Assembly: GCA_963836205.1 (NCBI GenBank)
Contig: CAWIIV010000011.1
Location: forward strand, 1-64,000
Source: an uncultured Acidimicrobiia bacterium
GTDB taxonomy: Bacteria > Actinomycetota > Acidimicrobiia > Acidimicrobiales > AC-14
Direction: 5' to 3'
Length of the DNA stretch: 64,000 nt
Shown piece after piece: positions 57,778 to 64,000 of the stretch. The notes beneath the pieces are model-generated. The model worked only from the letters and a program-made list of their open reading frames with translations. It did not search any database and was not told the origin of the DNA. Made by a program: the position numbers and the translations under genes. Position 1 is the first letter of the stretch; each line of letters begins with the position of its first letter.

Positions 57778-59144
57778 CCGCAGGCCGCAGGGTCGTCCTG
57801 CTGTCGGCGGCGACGGCGGGGGCGTGGCTGGCGACGGCCGGCCCCGCCTTCGCCCACGGCCTGGGCGGGCGCTCCGACCTGCCCCTGCCGGTGTGGATGT
57901 TCGCCTACGGGGCGGCCGGCGCCATCGTGGTGTCCTTCGCCGCCCTGGCCGCCTTCTGGCCGGTGGCGCGGCTCCAGGACGGCGTGGCCGGGGTCGTCCT
58001 CGTGCCGGCCGAACGGCGGGGGCTGACGTCGGGGTTGGCAGCCGTCGCCCGGGTGGTGGGCGTGGTCGTCTTCGTCGTGGTGCTGGGGGCGGCCTTGTTC
58101 GGGCCGGCGGAGGCGGCCGACAATCTGGCCCCGGCCGTGGTCTACATCGCCTTCTGGGTGGGTTTCATGTTCGTCAGCGCCGTCGTCGGCGACGGGTGGC
58201 GGGCGCTGTCGCCGTTCCCCGCCCTGGCCGCCGCCGTCGAGCGGCTCCGGGGTGGCCCGCCGGCCGAGCCCTACCTGGTCGGACACTGGCCGGCGGTGGG
58301 ACTGCTGTTCGGGTTCGTGTGGCTGGAGCTGGCCTACCCCGACCGGGCCGACCCCCGGCACTTGGCAGTGGCGATGATCGTCTACACCGGCGTGGTGCTC
58401 GCCGGCGCCGCCCGGTGGGGCAAACCCTTCCTCCGCCGCGGGGAGGCCTTTGCCGCCTTCTTCGGGCTGCTGGCGACGATGGCGCCGGTCTACACCGACG
58501 ACGAGGGGCGCCTGCGGCTGCGCCCGCCGCTGACCGGACTGGCGACGATGGAGGTGTTTCCGGGCACGGTGGCGATGATCATCGTCGCCCTGGGCTCGAC
58601 CACCTTCGACGGGGTCAGCCGCACCCGGGTGTGGGTCGACCTGGTCAGCGACCTGGGGAAGTGGCCGCTCATGGTCGCCCTCACCCTGGGGCTGATGGCC
58701 ACCATCATCGTGGTGGGTGCGGCCTACGTGGGGGCCATGAAGGTGGCCGCCGCCCGCACCGGCCGGGAGTTGCACGAGCTGACCCGGCTGTTCGCCCACA
58801 CGCTCGTCCCCATCGTGTTCGCCTACGCGGTGGCGCACTACTTCTCGTACCTGCTGTTCGAGGGCCAGGCGGTCATCTCGCTGGCGTCCGACCCGTTCGG
58901 GCAGGGCTGGGACCTGTTCGGGACGGCGACGAGGGCGATCGACTACCGGCTGGTGACGCCCCGGGTGGTGTCGTGGGTGCAGGTGGCGGCCATCGTGTCG
59001 GGCCACGTGGCCGGGGTGGTGCTGGCCCACGACCGGGCCCTGGCCACCTTCCCGGCCAAGGACGCCACCCGTTCCCAATACCCGCTGCTGGCGGCCATGG
59101 TCCTCTTCACCGTCGGCGGCCTGACGTTGCTCCTGTCGACGTGA
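57774..59144 (+). CDS. Polytopic membrane protein (family often labelled fenitrothion hydrolase/FedB-like; function unknown)
   Basis: Signal peptide followed by AHGLGGRSDLPLP; about 10 TMs; STTFDG, YAVAHY, SDPFG.GWDLFG and GHVAGV.LAHD. Confidence 0.75.
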   Translation: MTAGRRVVLLSAATAGAWLATAGPAFAHGLGGRSDLPLPVWMFAYGAAGAIVVSFAALAAFWPVARLQDGVAGVVLVPAERRGLTSGLAAVARVVGVVVFVVVLGAALFGPAEAADNLAPAVVYIAFWVGFMFVSAVVGDGWRALSPFPALAAAVERLRGGPPAEPYLVGHWPAVGLLFGFVWLELAYPDRADPRHLAVAMIVYTGVVLAGAARWGKPFLRRGEAFAAFFGLLATMAPVYTDDEGRLRLRPPLTGLATMEVFPGTVAMIIVALGSTTFDGVSRTRVWVDLVSDLGKWPLMVALTLGLMATIIVVGAAYVGAMKVAAARTGRELHELTRLFAHTLVPIVFAYAVAHYFSYLLFEGQAVISLASDPFGQGWDLFGTATRAIDYRLVTPRVVSWVQVAAIVSGHVAGVVLAHDRALATFPAKDATRSQYPLLAAMVLFTVGGLTLLLST

Positions 59145-59305
59145 TCGTCGCCCACGGAGGGACGGCGGGAGCGGTGGCGGAGGCTGTCTTCCTGGCCGTC
59201 CCCGTGGTCGTGTTCCTCCTCCTGTCACGATGGTCGAAGCGCAAGGCGAGGGCGCTCGAGGCCCAGGAGGGCCGGGGCGAAGGCGAGAGGGAGGACGGCC
59301 CTTGA
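59141..59305 (+). CDS. Small single-TM protein (MIVAHGG...)
   Basis: GTGA overlap upstream and TTGA overlap downstream; 54 aa. Confidence 0.6.
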   Translation: MIVAHGGTAGAVAEAVFLAVPVVVFLLLSRWSKRKARALEAQEGRGEGEREDGP

Positions 59306-60234
59306 GACGACTCGGCCCGATGGCGGTGGTGGCGGTCGGCTGCGCCGCCCTCCTGGCCCGACCGTGGCTGATCCGGCTGCCGGGAGACCCGGTCGCGCTC
59401 CTGGTCGTCCTGTTCGTGGTCCTCGGCCTGGTAGGCGCTTTCTGGCCCCTCCCGACCCCGGCCTCGGAGGCGACGGCGACGGCAACGGCGACGGCAACGG
59501 CGGCCGACGACGGGCCACCCGGGCAAGTGCGGGTGTCCGACCCGATCGTGGGGCCGTCCCTGCCGTCCCTGCCGTCGCCGCCCCTGCCGCCCGCCCGAGT
59601 CCCCCGGCCCCTTCGCCTCGGCGAGCGATTGGCGCGGAAACCGCCAGGAGGGGGCACTCGTGGCAATCGCTCGCACCGAGAGCCCCGCCGCTCGTCACCC
59701 CCGCCAGCGATTGGCGCGGGAGCCCCCGAGGAGGGGGCACTTGTGGCGATCGCTCGGACGACGAGCTCCGAACCGGCGCCGTGGGCGGCGGCTCCGGCGA
59801 CGACGCTGGTGCTGCCCTCGGAGCAGCCGAGCGCGAGGCCCCCGGCGTCGGCCTGGCCGCCGGTGCCGGCGTGGTTGGCGCTTGGGGTCGGATTGGGCGC
59901 CTTCGGGGCGGGACGGCTGCTGGCCGTGGGGGCGGTGCCGGTCGCCCCCTTCGTGCTGCGGTCGGTGGCCCTCAACAGCCTGGCCGCGGTCTCGGAGGAG
60001 GCCTTCTTCCGCCGCTTCGCCTACGGCCTGGCCGCGGCCCGGCGAGGGCCGGCCGTGGCCATCGGCACCTCGGCCGCCATCTTCGCCGCCGTCCACGTGA
60101 CGGTGTGGGGCTGGGCCGTCCTCCCCCTCGACCTGGCCGCCGGACTCGTCCTCGGCTGGCAACGGTGGGCCAGCGGCGGCTGGTCGGTGCCCGCCGCCAC
60201 CCACGTGGCCGCCAACGTCCTGGCGGTGTGGTGA
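59302..60234 (+). CDS. CPBP (CAAX/Abi) family intramembrane metalloprotease with an inserted low-complexity segment
   Basis: EEAFFR, FAAVH and THVAAN motifs. Confidence 0.85.
   Translation: MRRLGPMAVVAVGCAALLARPWLIRLPGDPVALLVVLFVVLGLVGAFWPLPTPASEATATATATATAADDGPPGQVRVSDPIVGPSLPSLPSPPLPPARVPRPLRLGERLARKPPGGGTRGNRSHREPRRSSPPPAIGAGAPEEGALVAIARTTSSEPAPWAAAPATTLVLPSEQPSARPPASAWPPVPAWLALGVGLGAFGAGRLLAVGAVPVAPFVLRSVALNSLAAVSEEAFFRRFAYGLAAARRGPAVAIGTSAAIFAAVHVTVWGWAVLPLDLAAGLVLGWQRWASGGWSVPAATHVAANVLAVW
59621..59755. repeat. Two copies of a ~52-bp palindromic element inside the CPBP gene
   Basis: 59621-59674 has an 11-bp terminal IR (GCGAGCGATTG...CAATCGCTCGC). A diverged copy at 59706-59755 shares the core GGAGGGGGCACT.GTGGC.ATCGCTCG. 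Confidence 0.8.
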
Positions 60235-61502
60235 TGGCTCGCCGCAGCACGCTCGCCCTGGTCGCCGTCGTCACCCTGGCCGCGTCCGCCTGCGGGGTCG
60301 TCGGCGACGGCCGTGACACGGTCACCATCGGCGCCCTCTACCCGATATCCGGGCGCCAGGGCCCGGGCGGCATCGACGAGGAGCGGGGCGCTCGCCTGGC
60401 GGTGGAGCTGGCCAACCGGGACGAGACCCTCGCCGGCCGGCGGATCAAGCTCCAGCTGGCCGACGTCGACTCCGGCTCGGCCGCGCCCGCGGCCATGCGC
60501 CGGCTCAAGGCCGACGGCGTCGACATCGTCCTCGGCACCTACGGCAGCACCATCTCCGCCCCCGCGGCCGCCACCGCCGCCCACGAGGGCATGCTCCTGT
60601 GGGAGACGGGAGCGGTGGGCGAGCTCACCACCGACGACGGGGCCGCGCCCGGCCAGTCGTTCTTCCGGGTCGCCCCCCAGGGTGGGCACCTGGGCCAGGC
60701 CGCAGTCGAGTTCGTTCGGGACCAGCTCTCCCCCCTTCTCGGGGCGTCGGACCTGCGGTACGCGGTGGCCTACGTCGACGACGCCTACGGCCGGGCCGTC
60801 GGGCTGGGTGCGGTCCACGAGGTGGAGCGGGGCGGGGGGGTGATGGCGGGGTCGTTCCCCTACGACGCCAACCGCGTCGACAGCGGCGGTGCCGCCGACC
60901 TGGTCGCCCAGATCGCCGCCGTGCGCCCAGACGTGCTGTTCGTGTCCGCCTACCTCGACGACGGGGTGGCCCTGCGCAAGGCCACCATCGCCGCCCACCT
61001 GCCGCTCAAGGCCAGCATCGGCACCAGCTCCAGCTACTGCATGCCCGCCTTCGCGGTGGCGCTCGGCACCGGCGCGGTGGGCCTGTTCGCGTCCGACAAG
61101 CCCGACGGGGCCCAGGTGAAGGCAGAGGCCCTCACCGACGAGGGCGGGCGCACCCTGCGGTGGGCCCGCTCCCGGTTCCGCGATCGCTACCACGAGGAGA
61201 TGAGCGCGGCCGCCCTGTCCGGCTTCGCCAACGCCTGGGCCCTGGTGGGCCACGTCCTGCCCGCCTCCCCCTCGCTGACGGCCGCCGACGTGGCCGCCAC
61301 CGCCCTCCGCCTCAAACTGCCGGCCGGCACGCTCGCCAACGGCGCCGGCCTCGACCTGGCCGCACCGGGCGAGCCCGACGCAGGCGAGAACCGGGCCGCG
61401 GTGAGCGTCATCTGGCAGTGGGTCGACGCCCGCACCCAGGCCGTGGTGTGGCCCCCGGCCTTCGCCACCCGGCCCCTCGTCGCCATCCCCATCGAGATCT
61501 GA
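60234..61502 (+). CDS. ABC-type substrate-binding lipoprotein (LivJ/PBP1-like)
   Basis: Lipobox ASAC; IGALYPISG, LGTYGSTIS, FFRV and DDAYG. Confidence 0.88.
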   Translation: MARRSTLALVAVVTLAASACGVVGDGRDTVTIGALYPISGRQGPGGIDEERGARLAVELANRDETLAGRRIKLQLADVDSGSAAPAAMRRLKADGVDIVLGTYGSTISAPAAATAAHEGMLLWETGAVGELTTDDGAAPGQSFFRVAPQGGHLGQAAVEFVRDQLSPLLGASDLRYAVAYVDDAYGRAVGLGAVHEVERGGGVMAGSFPYDANRVDSGGAADLVAQIAAVRPDVLFVSAYLDDGVALRKATIAAHLPLKASIGTSSSYCMPAFAVALGTGAVGLFASDKPDGAQVKAEALTDEGGRTLRWARSRFRDRYHEEMSAAALSGFANAWALVGHVLPASPSLTAADVAATALRLKLPAGTLANGAGLDLAAPGEPDAGENRAAVSVIWQWVDARTQAVVWPPAFATRPLVAIPIEI

Positions 61503-62305
61503 TGGTCCGCCGGCGCCCGCTGGGGATCGGTCTGGGACTGGCCGCCGCCTACCTCCTGGCTGCGGTGGCGACCATGGTCCTGTCCGACCGTCCCTTCCGG
61601 CCCCTCTTCGACGGGTTGGCGCCGCCCCTGCCCTACCACTGGGTCAACCCACCCCCGGCCAACGCCCGCGACAACGTGGCGCCGTCGGCCGCCCGGCGGG
61701 AGGTCCTCCTCTCCGCCGACGGGAGCCCGTTCGTCAACCTGACCCCCGAGGACGGCCAGGCCATCCTCCTCCTGGAGGAGAAGGCGATCGCACCCAACCC
61801 GCCGGACACCGCGGTCGACCTCGCCGTCACCCCCCGCGACGTGCTCACCCTCGGTCCCCTGCCGGAGAACCGGTCCCCCGAGAGCAACGCCTACCAGGTG
61901 GAGGCCACCTACCGGCCCTCCGGTCAACCGGTCACCGACTTCGACCTGGACACCTCGTCGATCGCCGTCGTGGCGGCGGGTCCGTCCGACTTCCTCCTGT
62001 ACTCCCGGGACGGGCAGTCGTGGGATGAGCGGTCGACCACGCCGTACAGCGCCCACGGCCTGGAGACCGCCTTCGCCGGGCACGGCTACTACGTGGTCAC
62101 GTCGATCTCGGGCGACGCCGGCGGAGGGTCGTCACCTCTGGTGGTGGGGCTGGTGCTGCTGGCGCCGCCCCTCATCGTGGGCGGACTCGTGCTCCGCAGC
62201 CGGCGGGCCAAGACGGCGGCGGCCGCCAAGGCGGCGGCGAAGGCGGCTAAGCGGCGAGGACCGCCGCCGAAAGGCGGTCAGAAGTCGAACCGTCCTCGGC
62301 GATGA
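61502..62305 (+). CDS. Hypothetical membrane-anchored protein (N- and C-terminal TM, basic tail)
   Basis: RPLFDG..PPLPYHWVNPP; TGATG-coupled to the upstream gene. Confidence 0.7.
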   Translation: MVRRRPLGIGLGLAAAYLLAAVATMVLSDRPFRPLFDGLAPPLPYHWVNPPPANARDNVAPSAARREVLLSADGSPFVNLTPEDGQAILLLEEKAIAPNPPDTAVDLAVTPRDVLTLGPLPENRSPESNAYQVEATYRPSGQPVTDFDLDTSSIAVVAAGPSDFLLYSRDGQSWDERSTTPYSAHGLETAFAGHGYYVVTSISGDAGGGSSPLVVGLVLLAPPLIVGGLVLRSRRAKTAAAAKAAAKAAKRRGPPPKGGQKSNRPRR

Positions 62306-63623
62306 CGAGGTCGATCCGGTCGGCGCCGCGGATGATGCGGCCGCTGCCGCCCGGTCCCGAGAAGCGACCGTCGGCCTCGGGGAGACGGTTGGTCCCGCTC
62401 CAACGGCGGGCCCACCGGCCGAGCGAGTCGGCCAGCTCGTCGAGATCGCGGGGTGTGTCCCCGAGCCACCGGTCGACCATCCCGGCCGCGGTTCCGCAGC
62501 GCACCACCCCGTAGGCGTCGCCGTTCCACCCGCCGGCGGCGGTCTCGGCCTCGTCGGTCGACAGGTGGAGGTCGAGCACCTCGATCATGTCGAACTCGCC
62601 GATGGTGGCGGTGTCGACCGCGGTGCAGCCGGTGGCGGCGGCCAGGTCGGGGAGGGCGGGCCGGGTCCACTGCCGCCCGGGGACGTACCGGTCGGGGTGG
62701 ATGATCTCCTCGGTCGACGTCGGCGGCTGGCGGTAGGCGTTGTCGACGGCCGCGAACCCGCCGTCGTCGTGGAGAGCGGACACGAAGTCGAGGCCGGCCT
62801 GGTAGGGGAAGTACAGGGAGTCGAGGATGTACTCGGGCATGTCGAGGTAGGCCGACGGGTCGCCGGTGCTGCCCAGCTCGGCCTCGATCTGCTGGCGGCC
62901 GGTGAGGTGCTCGTCGGCCCAGAGAAGGCGCACCAGCTCGGCGTCGCCCTCGACCAGGGCCGACAGGGCGTAGATCTCCTCGCCCAGGTCCTGGTCGGAC
63001 AGGGCCCGGTTGCGGGTGCCGAAGTCGAAATGCTGGTCGGTGAGGGCGTGGATCAGCTCGTGCACCATCGTCGACTGGGTGGCCACGTCGAGGTCGTCGT
63101 CGGGGTCGCCGGCCACGAACAGCTCCTTGGCCTCGTCGTCGTAGAAGCCGAGGACGCCACCCTCCAGCAGCTCGTCGATGGTGGACGTGTAGTCGAGGTC
63201 GGCCGGGACGAGGTGGAGGAGCTTGAGGACGGTCTCCACCGCGGCCTCGTCGTCCGGGTCCTTGGCCCGTTCGACGGCGGTGAGGTCGCGCACCCGCCGG
63301 TCGAGCTCGTCGACGGGGATGATCCGGATGGGAAGGTCCCGTTGCCACTGGAGGCCCCGGATCTCGGCCACCTGCTCCTTGAGCTCGGCGACCGTCCGAG
63401 CCTGGTCGGCGGACAGGTTGGAGGCCGAGGTGGTGGGGGTGGTCGTCCCCGACGGGACGTCACCCGCGGTCGTGGGCGTGGGCGTGGGCGTGGCCCGGTC
63501 GTCGTCGTCCCCATCGGGGCGGACGGCGAGGGTGATCGACGCCGCCACCACGACGAGGACGAGGGCCAGGGCGATGGCGATGGCCGGCGAGGCGGGGGCG
63601 GGACGGGTGGTTCGGTCGGGCAC
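62247..63623 (-). CDS. Surface zincin-like metallopeptidase
   Basis: N-terminal TM; LGFYD, VHELIHAL.DQHFD, ALVEGDA and FPY..G. Confidence 0.8.
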   Translation of the reverse strand: MPDRTTRPAPASPAIAIALALVLVVVAASITLAVRPDGDDDDRATPTPTPTTAGDVPSGTTTPTTSASNLSADQARTVAELKEQVAEIRGLQWQRDLPIRIIPVDELDRRVRDLTAVERAKDPDDEAAVETVLKLLHLVPADLDYTSTIDELLEGGVLGFYDDEAKELFVAGDPDDDLDVATQSTMVHELIHALTDQHFDFGTRNRALSDQDLGEEIYALSALVEGDAELVRLLWADEHLTGRQQIEAELGSTGDPSAYLDMPEYILDSLYFPYQAGLDFVSALHDDGGFAAVDNAYRQPPTSTEEIIHPDRYVPGRQWTRPALPDLAAATGCTAVDTATIGEFDMIEVLDLHLSTDEAETAAGGWNGDAYGVVRCGTAAGMVDRWLGDTPRDLDELADSLGRWARRWSGTNRLPEADGRFSGPGGSGRIIRGADRIDLVIAEDGSTSDRLSAAVLAA

Positions 63624-63715
63624 AGTGCCTCCAGGAGCGGCTGTCGGAACGGTAACGCCGCCGACCGGTGGTTCGGTTCGCGGCCGGGCCGGGACGGGAC
63701 GGGCAGACTGGCCTC

Positions 63716-64000
63716 GTGGGTCGGGTCCGGAGGGCGATCAAGCCGTTGCTCCTGGCCGGTGTGGTGGGGTTCGGCCTGCTGCAACTGGTCCCCTACGGGT
63801 GGCGCCACGCCAACCCGCCGGTGACGGCGGCGGCGGTGTGGCCGTCGGCCGAGTCCGAGCGCCTGGCTCGCGCCGCCTGCTACGACTGCCACAGCAACGA
63901 GACCGAGTGGCCGCCCTACTCCTACGTGGCCCCGATGTCGTGGCTGGTGCGCTACGACGTCGACCGGGGACGGGACGAGCTGAACTTCTCCACCGATGGC
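63716..64000 (+). CDS. Haem-binding (Haem_bd) c-type cytochrome domain protein, partial (runs off the window)
   Basis: NPPV...ACYDCHSNETEWP.YSYVAPMSWLV..DV..GR.ELNFS. Confidence 0.85.
   Translation, partial: MGRVRRAIKPLLLAGVVGFGLLQLVPYGWRHANPPVTAAAVWPSAESERLARAACYDCHSNETEWPPYSYVAPMSWLVRYDVDRGRDELNFSTDG

Overview
High-GC actinobacterial DNA. The gene content (mshA, mycothiol-dependent dehydrogenase, sodN/sodX, RsiG-like protein, acyl-ACP desaturase) suggests Acidimicrobiia-like Actinomycetota, which is an inference. Housekeeping flanks surround a 26.5-kb accessory segment bounded by a 469-bp direct repeat (11505-11973 and 37961-38429) that carries a WXG100 gene. The segment holds a split, apparently minimal type VII secretion locus: WXG100 proteins, a WXG100-like/TM/Rhs toxin with a GIY-YIG (URI)-like tip, LRR and RraB-like immunity candidates, a YukD-FHA-EccC/EssC ATPase and a DcrB/Eag-like adaptor. 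A Hanks kinase lies just outside the left repeat. The segment also contains a lower-GC defence island (TM-NACHT, two HEPN-like genes) hit by IS256, ISL3 and IS3 elements, each with a visible TSD. Further right are an orphan Tdi1/DUF1851 immunity gene, a MoaD-membrane protein fusion, tRNA-Lys next to an NspV-like restriction-modification pair, a 7x49-bp hairpin tandem array, a SigB/SigF-type stress cluster with topoisomerase IB, and a putative metal-handling operon led by an ORF ending in RGPP. About ten frameshifts, one in ispD, suggest residual sequence errors, so pseudogene calls are tentative. All family assignments come from motif recognition by eye; no searches were run.
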